This document shows positions 35,447 through 48,666 of a stretch of 52,897 nucleotides of DNA, piece by piece. The notes below the pieces were generated by a model, which was not told the DNA's origin, did not search any database, and saw nothing but the letters and a program-made list of their open reading frames with translations. The first letter of the stretch is position 1. Every line of letters begins with the position of its first letter. Source of the DNA: Trichosphaerium sp. ATCC 40318 (taxonomy: Eukaryota; Protista; Tubulinea); the NCBI GenBank assembly GCA_038496445.1, contig JALMLS010000449.1, forward strand, positions 1 to 52,897, given 5' to 3'. The position numbers and the translations under genes were made by a program.

Positions 35447-37462
35447 ATGGCGCCGCTTTTATCGCGTGTCTCCACTTGGAATAAATTTCTTTCTGACCAT
35501 CCTGATTGTTCGTTGATTCTTCGTTGGTTGTGCCATGGTGTGAGTGTCGTTTCTGAAGTTACTACGTTTGATAATGTTGTTTGTGACAATTACAAATCGT
35601 GTAATGATTTCGAGTCTTTGCTTGATGATGATGTTGAGCATGAGTTAGCAAAAGGGAGGATTTGTGCGGTCTCGTCGGTTCCGGTTAGGATCAATGCGTT
35701 AGGCGTTCTGAAGAAGCCAAACGGTAAGGCACGACGTTTGATTGATTTGAGCTCTCCCAAAGGTGCCTCTGTTAACGATTTCAATGAACCTCCTCATTTC
35801 ACAATGATGGCGCTTAGAGATACCATTAGGTTCATGTTCCTCTTGGGTATGGCTTGCTGGATGGCTCTTGTTGATATCAGCGAAGCCTACAGAGCTGTTC
35901 CAATGGCACGTGACTCTTGGCAATTTCTAGCGTTCAAATGGGCGTTTGGTATATTGATACACGCTTGCCATTTGGCCTTAACATTGCACCGTTTGTCTTT
36001 TGCAAGATATCTGAAGCAATTAAGGACATCTTTGCTCGTGACATGTGGGTCTACATCGCGGTTTATGTTGATGACTTCATTGTGCTTGCGAAATCGAGAG
36101 AGAAGTGTCGTGAAATCCGAGACAAACTCATTAATCTTCTCAGGTCTCTAGGGTTCACCATAAAGCCTGAGAAAGTTACTGAACCTTCAACTACCATTCA
36201 GTTCTTAGGCATCGAGCTCGACTCAGTGAAGCGAGAGGCTCGACTGTCGGAGGTTCACCTCAAAGAGCTGAAAGGTTCGTTGAAGCTCTTCCTTACACGC
36301 ACTAGAGCTCGCAAACGCGAAATCCAAGTGTTAGCTGGTAAGCTCAATTGGGCTTCCAGCGTAGTGTTCGGAGGACGCACGTACTTACGCCGTATACTCA
36401 ATAGAATGAATTCGGTGAAGAGGAATACCCATTGGGTACACCTGAACAACGAATTTCGTTCGGATATTGAGTGGTGGTTGAACTTCATTTCTGAATTCAA
36501 CAGTTGTGCTGTTTTAGTGGATCCGTTACCGGAAAACCACGAATTTTTCGCTGCAGACACTTCTGACTATATAGGGGATAGGGTGCAGCATACACTTCTG
36601 ACTATATAGGGGATAGGGTGCAGCAGATGCTTCAGACTATATAGGGGATAGGGTGCAGCATACACTTCTGACTATATAGGGGATAGGGTGCAGCAGATGC
36701 TTCAGACTATATAGGGGATAGGGTGCAGCATACACTTCTGACTATATAGGGGATAGGGTGCAGCATACACTTCTGACTATATAGGGGATACAGTGCAATA
36801 AATGCTTCAAACTATATTTATTCTTATTTTATTCCATTGTTCATCAGTATATAGGGGAATAAGCGACACATGTTTACATTAATATCATTCAATGAACATT
36901 ATGCAGCAACCATTAATATCATTCTCATAATAGTTTTCCAAGGTTGTAAACATTCAAAGAAACAAGCATTTAAGTAACTTTTTCATGGACTTTTTTGATT
37001 ATTTTATACTTTTTTATCTATATAGGGGATTAGGTAACATTATTATTATTATACTGGGGATTTGACGTCTACTATGCTGGTCATTGGATCTATGGTGAAT
37101 TTGATCAGTTACAGCGTAGCATGTCTATCGCGTGGCGCGAGATATATGCTTTACATGTTGGTATTAAAAATTTTTCTCACCTGTTTAGTGGCAAATCCAT
37201 GATGAATGCACACACTGATAACACAAACGCCAAGGCGGCTGTCAATCACCTAACCTCTAAAGTAGTTGGCGCGATGCCTCTGGTTTGTGATATTCATTTG
37301 TGGCAAGCTTCTCATAATTTCAGAATCATGTTTAAATATATTCGCAGTGCGGATAATATTATAACTGATCTGTTATCACGAAACGACCTTTCAGGTGCTC
37401 GTCAGTATTGCACCGCTAATGGAATTCCTTTTGATAAGAATCCATGGATAGAGACCGTTTAG
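35447..37462 (+). pseudogene. DIRS reverse transcriptase / RNase H
   Basis: KKPNGKARRLIDLS, VDISEAYR, LPFGL..AP, YVDD, FLGIELDS; RNase H ADTSD|WGF, IAWREIYA, HTDN, ITDLLSR. Frameshift near 35940; insertion at 36568-37054. Confidence 0.9.
36568..36812 (+). repeat. 7 x 35-bp tandem repeat at the start of a 487-bp insertion (36568-37054)
   Basis: Unit TATATAGGGGATAGGGTGCAGCA-(TACACTTCTGAC or GATGCTTCAGAC) in the order A,B,A,B,A,A,degenerate. The insertion ends in (ATT)n. Confidence 0.9.
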
Positions 37463-38436
37463 CCAATTGGCAAAACACCCTCCTTGAGGCGTCTCTTGAG
37501 GTTGGTACTTGGCGCTCTTATCGGTCAGGTTGGCGTGCGTTTTTGAAAGCCTGCATTCTCTTGGGTTCTGCTCCGTTACCAATCAACCAACAATTGTTGT
37601 GCGATTGTGCTACAATTATGTCAATTATTTTTAATCTAGCGCCACAAACCATAAACCGTTAATTTTCTTCTGTACGGTTCTATGTTCAGCTATATGGGTT
37701 CCCCAGACCTAATATGGCGTCTATGTTTCGCTTGCAGCTCTTGCTACAAGGGATAGCGAAATCAAAAGGCGTGGGTGTTAATAGGAAGTTTTCAATTACA
37801 CCTACTCACTTACTTCGTTTTAGGCAACTTCTCAACCTAGATGATGCGAAAGCGTTCATCTTCTACACAGCTTCTCTGGTTGCTTTTGATTGTTTTCTTC
37901 GATCAGGGCAATTGGTGCCTAAAAGTGCCAATGCCTTCGTTGAGGGTTACAACATCAGCTGTCAGAGTTTGAAGGAAACAGTAGATGGGTACTTGTTAAC
38001 TTTCACAAAAACTAAAACCATTGTTGATCGTTCAAGAATCTTGACACTACAGATGGTAGAGTCAGATTCTGGTATCTCACCTGTACCCTTCGTACGACTT
38101 CTTTTGTCTCATGTTTCACCCGCGTCTGGTTCTATTTTTGCTTGCACAATTAATGGAAAGACGTGGACTTTAACATATAAAATGTTTGTAGCAGAGACAA
38201 AGAAATTGATGAGTCGCTTGGGTTACGACTCCTCAAAGTTTGCTGGCCACTCATACAGAAGAGGTGGCGCTACGTGGGCGTTTCGTATGGGCGGTACACT
38301 ACCGGTTATCAAGTCTCTTGGTGACTGGAAGTTGGACGCAGTCCTACTTTACATAGAGATTGACGAGTTGCAAAAACGTAGGATTAAGAAACGACTAGCT
38401 CTTAATACTACGATTGCTTTGGGCGAGGACACGTAG
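37444..38436 (+). pseudogene. DIRS tyrosine recombinase, premature TAA at 37660
   Basis: FLRSGQL (R), KTKT (K), GHSYRRGGAT (HxxR), LGDWK..VLLYI (W, Y); the two track ORFs share a frame. Confidence 0.92.
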
Positions 38437-39159
38437 TTTGACTGTTGCCAGACTATCTTAGTCGGTTGGGGGTCTTACGCCTGGCTGGAACTTTTGCTTG
38501 TACAAAATTCTGCCAAACACGTGTCCATCGTTTACTTGTTCTGTCTAGTCCCTCGCGTCACTGTCTCAGTAGAGTTAGTCACTAAACTGTCGTAGGTTTT
38601 CCCTTTAAAAAAATTGGGTTTTTGCGAAAAAAATCCTGTATTGCGTTACATATAGTACAACACAAGCTCCCCATGGAGCCTGGGACATGCCCCTTTGTAA
38701 TTAATGTTACGTGAACTCATTCACTAAGAAGTCTTCCTCCGTATCTCTCATTCTTTCTTTCACTCTTCTCAATTTAATCGAATGGTTTATGCTTCTGTTA
38801 TGTTGGTATTTCTTATATAATTCGATTTGGTGTATCATGTGTGCCATTTCTATTGTTTTCTTCCTTAGGTTTTTGTTAGTTGATTTGTCTTCATCTAGTT
38901 CTTTTGTATATTCTGTTGTAAGGTGGAAATCAATCAATTAGTCAACAAGAATCACACTGATGTTCAACCAATCTTCACAGAACACACACTTAATGTACAC
39001 GGTCCTTAAGACCATAATAAAATAGTATACAACAGCTACACAACAACTCTTGACTACCTTACCCTCTTACATTTGGCAACACGCAGCAGTCTTTGAATTT
39101 TGAAACACACGAAGAAAATCTTTCAAGTACGATAAACAGGAATTCTATATCAATCAACG

Positions 39160-40460
39160 ATGACAACAAACAATGACGACGGGGAGAAGACTTTACGAGA
39201 TAACAGTGAGGATTACGGTTTAGATAATGCCAGATTACCTCCGCATCTTGATAGAAGTCTTGAGCAACTAATTAAATCTGGTAGTGACAGTGTTAAACTT
39301 ACCCAAACACCTGGCAACATGGATGAGAGCGAGGAAGACAGTGACGATGGCTCTTTGCAAGATGGATATGAGGAGGAAGAGTGCTCACACCATGGAAATA
39401 CGTCTGAACCGAAAGAACCGAAGGAACGAGACGAATACAGGGGCCTCACCTTTGCAGAAATTGAAAACGCTGAAGAAATGGAGAGATTGATTTTGCGTTT
39501 GGAAATTCAATGCAAAGTGGCGAAAAAGAAGATAAAACGCATCAACAGAAGATTAGCGGTGGAGAAGAAGAAGAGGAAAGCACCGATAGCAACTTCAACA
39601 CCAGCGAAGAAAAGAAGAGTTTCAATCAACAAATCGAAAACTCCATCAGTACCAATCCCAACATAGCAGCTGGTGGACCCCCTTCAGACAATGGCGACTC
39701 AGATGACAACTCTGACGGCAATAGAGGTGATGAGAACAGTTCCCAAATTCCGAAGAAGAATCAATCAAATGATTCTAAACAACCAGTGGAATCTGACTCT
39801 GAGGGTGAAGGATTGGAGTATGAGAGGATAAGCAACTGCCTCAACGACGCCATATGACCACTATCAAGGATGGTTATTGCACAAAGAAGGAATGACAAGT
39901 GATTTATGATTTCTTACCGCATGGAGTGAAAGGATCTGATGGAAAGTGCATTGGAAATGATTGGTATAACTGCCACAGAAGTTTATCGAGGATTGGTGGC
40001 ATTACCAATTCATTTCCGACGTTTGGTGATGGCGAGATAACGTCTATTGCACTCAACAGCTATCTCAAAGGCGTGCAACAGATGGCTAACGGCTTCAACT
40101 TGGGGAAGAGAGAATATATCTTCGCATTGCGTATTTTGGCAAAAGAAAAGGTGAATGAGATGTTGAGCAAGGAGAAGTACACATTTGACCTGGTGGCGGC
40201 TGTATTGCTCTGATTCGTGCTTACAGCCCTGAATTACAACGAAAACAAGCGCGGATGAAGCTTGAGGAGCTCAAACAGAAGAGTTCACAAAGTATTGAGG
40301 AGTATAGAGCCTTGGTACAAAAATATGCTACCCTTGCGCAATTCGAAAAAGGATGGAAGAAGAGTTCTACAGAGGATTGCTGTACACTCTCAAGCTCAAG
40401 GTGGAGTCTAAGAGAACTTTTTGCTAAGCAGTTGATACCTCTCAATAGAACGATTTATGC
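39160..40460 (+). pseudogene. decayed retrotransposon gag-like ORF
   Basis: Acidic/low-complexity N-terminus, then FPTFGDG.. and ARMKLEELKQKSSQSIEEY (retrotransposon gag-like motif), broken by several stops. Confidence 0.45.
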
Positions 40461-41074
40461 GTGTAAAACATGCACAGAAAGTTTCTGTGGTTAAAGTGTA
40501 CCTCAAATGCGTAAAAAAATTAAATACTATTTTTGACGAGTTTTTTTCTGGTTTTGGAAAGTTTTGCATATTACTGGTCAACAACAGATGCAATGCAATC
40601 CAAGTGAAAGGATTTGGTTTATTTGCGTGTGCTGCAATAAAAAAAAGCATAGGGAGTCAGGAGAAAACAGATTAAACAAAATAGAAGGTGAATACTTCAT
40701 TGGATACTCGCCATGCGTTTTAGCACGCGTAGAAAACGCTATGGGCAGCTTTGCTTGCAATACATGCCAAAAAAAAAATGCAAATGAGCTAAAGGTATGG
40801 TAGACCGAAACTGCCTGCTTTTTTGAAGCTGCGTATACAAAGCTGTGGCTTAATTACACATGTGTACAACTTTTCAAAGCAGGCCTTGGCGGTGGTGCCT
40901 CTGGTTTCAAGTTTTTCGCCAATCAACTAAAAAAAAGTGCCAAAATGTCATTCTTATTTAGCATTTAGCATAACCCAGGTAGACCTGTAGTACAATTTGA
41001 AGCATTGCAGACACATCAGCAACGCAAAAGGTATTGACACTTTTTACATAAAAATCCAAACAACTAATTTTTTC

Positions 41075-43145
41075 GTAGAAAATTGGATGCTTTACACAAA
41101 GAAATAATAACTTATGTTGACCATCTACTTGCTCAAAGAGATCCAAAGTTGGTTAATGCATATAGAAAAAGGTATTCAAATCCATCTCAATCACCAACAA
41201 AGGCACTGAGGAATAAAATTGTTGTCGACAGAGTAATACAACTGTATTTGAGTCTTTCAAAGAACTCACCAGTTCGTAAAAGTGCATTGCTCTCCTTCTT
41301 TGATGGCATTGATGATAGTACGTAATTGTGACTACCTTTTGGTGCTGATTATATCAGAGAATACAGCTAAGATGATCAGCCAAACAACTCAAGCAGTAAA
41401 CAAAGCCAGACAAAATATTAGAAGCTGTCCACCTCTTGATTACTTTCTACAAGACCTTGGGTTCAGAAGGGACAAACTAGGAAATAAGGGGAATACAATT
41501 TTGGAATGGCTTGAGATAAATTGTGTTGTTCCATCGGGTAAGTACATGTTGAAATAGTCCACCAATTTTGGCTAAAATAAAAATGTGTTTATTAACAAAA
41601 CCATTTAGGTAGTACAAATCGGCGTTTTAGAGGCACAAAAAAAGCAATGTTTCTAACATATTGTGCATGGGCAAAAGAACAAGGTTTTGACACAGTGAGC
41701 AGGCCAGTGTTTGAGCGTTTTGTAGATGCCGAACAAATTCAAGTCAGAGAGGGTGATAAATTTGAATCTAAGGAAGCTATTAAGCTTCAAGAAAAGGTAA
41801 CAGAGTTGAATGAAAAGGTGACCAGTGGCATACCTGAGGAAAGTCTACAAAAGCTACGAAAAGAAATAGCCAACCTAAAAACAATAGATGAGTTTGCACG
41901 TGCTAGGATATATGAGTATGTAAAGGATCACCTTGATCTTGAAGCAAAACCTGATAGAGGTGTTATCACGCTAGATTTTACAGCTTCTCAAACTAACATG
42001 GAAACTAACTACATTATCCTTGTCTTGGTTTTAGCAATGAAGAACAAAATAGAATTGCCAGAAACATTGAAGAAGTATATGGTGTCACCTACAAAACCAC
42101 CATCAACATCAAATATAACTCTCGACAAACCTCAAAAAAAGAAAAGAAAAAGACGCACTAAGAAAGAGATGGAAAGAGATCAAGCAAAAAACCCTAAGAA
42201 ACAACGAATGTCACACACACAAAAGCTTAAACAAGATGCTAAACCAACTCCACAATTGAAAAGTATTCCATCTATTAACCGCTCAACATACAAACCTTGT
42301 GTTACATACTTACACTTCACTGTTAAAAAAGAACAAAAGAATAAAAAGGTAAAACAAACTGCTGACTATGTACAGTGGGTTCTAGAGCTTTTATACCAAC
42401 ATAAGTTCTTTGACCTGTTCAAAGAAATTATTTTATGGCACGTACCTTTTTTGTTGTTTCATTTTCTCTTTATTCAGCAACTAACCCTTTACAGGTCAGA
42501 TGGATGTGGCAAACATTTTAAAACATACCCTATACATGCTGTTGTTGCCAATATTCAACAGCGCTTAAAAACACATGATCCAGGAGCCAATATTATATGG
42601 CGGTTTTTGGCACCACTTCGTGCTCACAACAGAGCTGATGGTTCCACAGCAAGCTCTAAAAAGCTACAAAATAAGTACATACAAAATTTCTTTGTACTGA
42701 GTGAACTGTCGCACCTTGCATATGCTTGTCATACTCTCAAAAATACGTACATGTTAGAAGCCATGGTGAATGATTTTTCTGTTCTCGAACCAGCTGAACC
42801 TATTGGTGATACATTTATGCGAAATGCATTTCAATTTAGCTACGGCATACCAGAAAATGGTTTTGATGACTGTGAACACACGTGCATTAGCAAAAAACAA
42901 ATGCAAGTACTAATTTTCTGTTAAATATAGTTGTGATCCTAAAGGCCCAAACAGAACATGTAACCACAATTGTGGGGGTTGTAGACGTGATCCTATCCGA
43001 TTTTTGCCTGTGACGGTAGCCATGCGTTATGGTTCTGAGTTGGTGCTTGAAGACAAGAGGATACAACTCAGCTATAATGGTCCCAAACCAACAAAAAAAG
43101 ATGGATGGAATACTAACAGTGGTAAAATGAAAACGAGATTTTAGA
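41075..43145 (+). mobile_element. intron-containing Sola-like DDD transposase gene
   Basis: Spliced motifs VITLDF, IILW|SDGCGKHFK and WRFLAPLRAHNRADG match the WSDG..FK / W.FF...HGK..DG pattern of Sola-type transposases. Start and end uncertain. Confidence 0.65.
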
Positions 43146-43316
43146 TATAAATCCCACTAAGTTCCTTTGTTTTAGGGATTTTTAAGGTAATTTGTGAAGA
43201 ATTCTTATTTTTATTTTTTTTTATGGCAGGATTTTTGATAGAATTACCATAATATTCCCTTAAATACGGAATTTTCAGAATTATTGTACAAAATCCACCA
43301 AATAATGTACTAATTT

Positions 43317-43388
43317 AGTTAGGGTTAGGGTTAGGGCTAGGGTTGAGGTTTATGAAAGTACAAATTAAGTTAGGGTTAGGGTTTAGTT
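43317..43388 (+). repeat. interstitial TTAGGG-type repeats
   Basis: GTTAGGGTTAGGGTTAGGGCTAGGGTTGAGG..GTTAGGGTTAGGGTTTAG. Confidence 0.85.
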
Positions 43389-44213
43389 TTATATTTGCAA
43401 AAAACCATCAACACCTTAGGTACATAGGTTTTTCTAGCAAACAATATCCACATGCTATTATTAAAGGTGAAAAAACCAATGGTACAGGTTAAAGTGCGTT
43501 AATCCAAAAAGTAACGGAGAACGCGTTTTAGGTGGTTTGGAAAATCACTTAAACATAAATATCTCTTACTTATCTGTTTTAGGATGATTAAAGCATTGCA
43601 ACAGCCTTATTACACCATTAAAGAATGTATTTAAAGCATTAACTCCAAGTACGTTGTTTTTAAAGCTTATTTCCACTTAATTTATCAAAAAACCCTACGC
43701 GTTCTTAATTTAGCGTTTACAAACGCATTAATTATTGTTCAGGCTCTCAAAACCAAATGCGATCAAATTACTTCTTTCGTTTATGAAGACACGATGTATT
43801 TAACTTGTACGTATTATTTAGGATGTTTGTATTTTGTAATGATCAATAAATAAAATGACTTTGCATTAAATCTGAACCAAAGTATCGAATAATATTTTGT
43901 GTAATTTATAAAGTATTTTTTATTGAAATCTACAAAAAATACATTAAGAAATGCTATAAAGAATACATAGAGAATTCTATATAAAATACATACGCAATTC
44001 CAAAAGTAATACTCTAAGAATTCTATGAGTAATACTTACGGAATTTCATATAAATTCAATGGGAATTAAGGAAGAGTTTTTCCGTCTACTTTTCCCATAG
44101 GAAAACAGGGTGGATTACTTAAAAATTCCCATTTCTATTTTACTACTGATGTACCTAAAAGACTAGCTGTTGTATGTGTTTAATAGTAAAACATTTTGTT
44201 TTAATGTTGAATA

Positions 44214-44651
44214 GGAGAGGAAAAAACAAAAAAAGGCAGAAAAAAAGGCAAAACAACAAAAAAAAGATGCTAAAAAAAAAGCAAAAGAAGCTAAAACAAA
44301 AACAATAAATGTACAAAGGTACTGTCAATTGATTAATGAATGTAAAAGTACTACAACTTATCACTTATTAGTCCAATTGCTAAACGTGTAAAACAAAGAC
44401 ACAAAGTAAAACCTAGAGGTATTAAAAATGGTTATCGAGTAAGCATTTATTGGGAAGGAAATGGTTGGTATGAAGGCACAGTCTTACGTTATGACAATAA
44501 AACTGATGAATATCATATTGAGTATGATGATGAGAAAGAACTTGAACCTATTATAGAAACATATATTGCGGATATATGGAAAGTGCGAGGATATCCCAAA
44601 GATCATACTCTTTATAGTCCTAATCAGAAAATAAAAATCAAAAAGGTGTAA
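44214..44651 (+). CDS. terminal exons encoding a Lys-rich linker and a Tudor-like domain
   Basis: Not in the ORF track. ERKKQKKAEKKAK.. then, after an intron, GYRVSIYWEGNGWYEGTVLRYDNKTDEYHIEYDDEKELE..; stop at 44651. Confidence 0.75.
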
Positions 44652-46422
44652 TAAAAATCCAATTTATTTTTTGGTTTTTTTGGATTTGTAAAAACTTGTG
44701 TAAAATTTGAAAAAATTCAGAAAATTCGTAAAGTAGGCCTACTAAAAAAATTGGAAAATTCGAAGAAAACTATGGTCTCCTCAGCACATCAATGGAAGAA
44801 GTGGTACCGGTAACACAATTGCTGTTGTTGCTGAACCACATACATGCAACTAAGACAAACTATAATGCACATTGGAAGCTAGAAACTAAAAAAAGAAGGT
44901 TCAAACTCTTCGTTGTGGAAATGGAATCAAAAAGCAAACGAGTGTATTAGGAGGTCCTTGCTTTAGCAACCCAAGATTCGTGGGAAAAGAAGCTCTTCCT
45001 TATTTTAAAATTCCAGCTGAACTTGCCGAGAATTATGTGCAAAGAAGTCTTATTTTGCAATAGCTGCACCAACTGTAGTTGTAAGCTCACATGGACCATT
45101 TATTGCAATTCACAAGAAGAAGCCACCATTAAAATAACTGGAATACATGATTTAGCCTCTTTCCAGGCGAGAGAATCTATTTCTGAAGACTATTTTTTAT
45201 ACTTGGTGTGTTTTGGTTTTATTTGTTTATTTTCCGTGTAAATTTAGTAGGCACATAAAAAGTTGATTGAGGAAGATGAATATGGTACTCTGTAAGTTCC
45301 CCAAAAACAACAAACTAAACAAATTAACTCAACAAGGTCTGAAAATATCATTCAAGAGCTGCGCAATTTTCTACAAGACCCTGTTAACAAACCATACATT
45401 GTGTATTTAGATGAATTTCGGCCCTCTGAAGACAAAAGCAACTTTGCAGTAGTTTTAGCTACAGCAGAGTCATTAAAACTGCTAGTCAAGTATGGCCAAG
45501 GCGTGATTGGCATTGACAGTGTGTACAAATTTAATGCGTACTCATTTCCAATCTGAGGTGTGGTTTGTGAAGAACCTAAAACAGGAAAAGGCATTTTGTG
45601 TGCTTTATGCATTGCATCTAGCAGTAAAGCAGGTAATATTGCAGCATTTTTGAAAGTGTTGAAAGATAAAATGGAACAACTGCCAAATGGTATGTAAAAC
45701 ACGTCTAATAATTAAATAATTTATTGTACAGGCATAAAAGAATGGAAACCAGTAGTTATGATTGATAAAGATAAGACAGAGAAAAAAGCCATTTTGATGC
45801 TGGGTTTGGCGTTTATATTGTGTCAGTTCCATTACCATAGAATGTGGGGCAAAAAAATTGTAAGTTTGTTCAAATACAGCCATGGCTCTAAAAAATAGTA
45901 CATATTGTTTACTTTGCTTTCAAGCTGATATTAGCACAGTGATGAGGTGATGGAACAGCTTTTGATTCTTGAACGAGCTACTTCTGTTAAAAACTTGAAT
46001 ATTTTAGAACGTGACTTTAAAAAATGGTGCCAAAAATGTACAAAATCATGGACTACAAATGCATCAAAAAAAACTATTGAACCAGCCAATGAATTGTTTT
46101 TGTACTTCAAAAAAAATTGGTATGTGCACTTTGAAATAACATCCTAATTTCTCACAGGCTTGATAAAAAATGGTGTGCAGCATGGGCTGATTTTGGTCGA
46201 AAGAGCCGTGTTGGTTTATATAACACCAACAATAAAATGAAGACACAGTGGAAGCAATTTATGACTGTTTATGGTACGTAACAACAAAATAATAGCTAGC
46301 TAACTATTCATGAAAAGGATATTCTCAACATCGTTATGGTCTCTCTCATTGTACAAAAATTATGCCAGCAATTCTGAATAATCATTGCATTATTCAGCGA
46401 GAGATTGCATTAACTGGAAGCA

Positions 46423-48394
46423 CAGGTCTGAAAATTATCACGGTATTATACCGTATTTTATGGTATAATCACCTTTTATGGTACAAGCTCAGTATAATCC
46501 ATAATTATACCATATAATTATACCATAAAATATGGTATAATACCATGTTTTTTGGACAAATGGTATAACAGCCATTATACCATGTTTATACCATATTTCA
46601 ATTTATAGAATATAATTATACCATAAAACATGGTACTATACCATGGTATTATACCACATTTTACAGTACATTATACCATGCATTATACCATATAATTATA
46701 CCATAAAACATGGTACTATACCATGGTATTATACTGCATTTTAAAGTATATTATACCATGCATTATACCATATAATTATACCATAAAACACAGTATTATA
46801 CCATGGTATTATACTGTATTTTAAAGTATAGTATACCATGCATTATACCATATAATTATACCATAAAATGTGGTATTATACCGTGGTATTATACCGTATA
46901 AGTATAAGTTAGTCAAAGCTCACTTAGTCTACACTTGATTTAATAGCCTTTGGACCTACGCAAACGCCATACCACACAATGCTTTGACAGTAGCCGTTAT
47001 TGAACATAATTGGCATATAAATGTGTGAAAAACAGTTTTAAAAGAGAAATCTGGTAACGCGCCCCAATTACAGGCGTTTTAGGGATAAATTGGACAATTT
47101 TCTCCGATTGATGGTATTTGAGGAAGAAACCACTCCACGTACCCCATGTTAGAACGTTACAGTGGTAGACACACCAAAAACGCGTTTAGTGCTCGAAAAA
47201 TGCCCATTCGCAAAAAAACCTCCAATTGGAGGTTTTTTTCCCCAGCTCTCATTTTTTTCTCCCCTCCATAGGCATTTTTACACTCAATCAACGCCATACA
47301 GCCTCATTTACCAAATCAGGAGCAAAATTATTTATTTTTTTTTGCCATTTTTGATATACGCTCCAATGCATGTTAAAACGCGTGAATAGTGCTATAAGGC
47401 CAAGTTGTTTCAGAGCCTACCCATTTTTTGAGTTTTTTGGTTTTTTTTGGATTTTTTTGGATTTTTTTGAATTTTTCCCTACTAAACGCGCGCATTTGCC
47501 AGAACAGATAGCATTTAGGCTTCACACCCATGCGTTGACCTTACGAGTGATATTGTAAACCAATTGGCTAAGTCAGAGCACAAAACTAAGTTTTGTCCAG
47601 TTTATCGCCCGCACAACACAAGGTACGCTAAAAGTAGTTGTTTTGAAGCCGCTTGTCATAGGTTTTAACCAAGCTAGATAGATGATAAAAAAAAACCCAA
47701 GATGTGTTAGCTAACAGGTACGATTCCGCTAGAACTTGTTTCCGATGAAGTTGGCAGTTATTTTCATTTCTTTGTTTTAGTCTTGGTTTGGCTCCACCGC
47801 ACAGGTCATTTGTTTCTCTCAGTGCCACCACCACAACAAAACAGCAATTTTTGTACGACTATTTATTTTGTGCATCAAGCCTTCACTAATTTTTCTTTTA
47901 GTTTTCATGCTATGTCCATTCGATGCACTTACAGCAAGTACAATATTTTTTTTGAAGGTTATTTGATGTGTCAACTACCACAAAAGAGGATATGGACAAA
48001 ACCAAAGGTCACGGATGTAAACAAAAAAATGTATTAATAAATGTGGTTTATTATTAGAACAGTTTTTACACAGTATAATACACCTGGTTTTGTGGTATAA
48101 TCTACCAAGTTTTAAGGTATAATATACCAGACTTTGTGGTATTATACTGTGTTTTATACCATGTTTTATGGTAGAATTATACCATATATTGCATTTTTTC
48201 AGGTGCAAAAATATGGTATAAATTCGCACTTTCTACTGCATATTTATGGTATAATTTGGCTGTTTTATGGTATAAATCCTGTGATTTATGGTATATTATA
48301 CTGGAATTTGTGGTATAAAATTGTAATCAATGGTATAATTATACCACAAATCCATGGTATCTACCATAAAAACAGCTCGAAAATTTTAGACCTG
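46423..48394. mobile_element. non-autonomous DNA element, family A copy 2 (2-bp TSD CA)
   Basis: CAGGTCT..AGACCTG termini; CA on both flanks; inverted near-identical copy of 30928-32896. Confidence 0.92.
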
Positions 48395-48666
48395 CAAACA
48401 CCTTCGAAAATCAAAAGCTAGGCTTGACAGAACTGCACAAGAGAAAAAAGCATGTGAACTTGTTGAAAATGTAAGTATTTTATTTGATTTTGTGTTTTTT
48501 AACAGGTTTTACAGCATCATGTGGCTCTTGTTGATGATTCCTATGAAGATCATAAGGTGTACACTGTTAAATCACAAACCTACAAACGTGTTAAATATCC
48601 TGTAGACTTGAAAATGGGCAGGTGTGGTTGTGGAGGCTTTAAAGCTTCTGGTAAAGAGTGTAAACA

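Larger units (their letters stand above)
32897..38600 (+). mobile_element. DIRS-order (tyrosine recombinase) retrotransposon, decayed
   Basis: Overlapping gag, RT/RNase H and YR frames in DIRS/Ngaro order; no methyltransferase seen; termini not resolved. Confidence 0.9.

Noticed and set aside
36568-36812. CRISPR-like repeat/spacer array
   Set aside because: The variable parts are only two recurring 12-nt variants rather than unique spacers; no cas genes; eukaryotic context.
36567-37054. Antisense GT-AG intron in the DIRS RT/RNase H (Ty1-reporter-like)
   Set aside because: CT..AC boundaries exist, but their removal is 1 nt out of frame with the restored RNase H.
37714-38436. Phage integrase or bacterial contamination
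   Set aside because: It overlaps an RT/RNase H frame in DIRS order within intron-rich eukaryotic DNA.
43317-43388. Chromosome end
   Set aside because: Only a few degenerate units, internal, with non-telomeric sequence on both sides.
33650-45556. Stop-codon reassignment suggested by in-frame TAG, TAA and TGA
   Set aside because: All three occur only in decayed transposons alongside frameshifts; host genes use TAA, TAG and TGA as normal stops.
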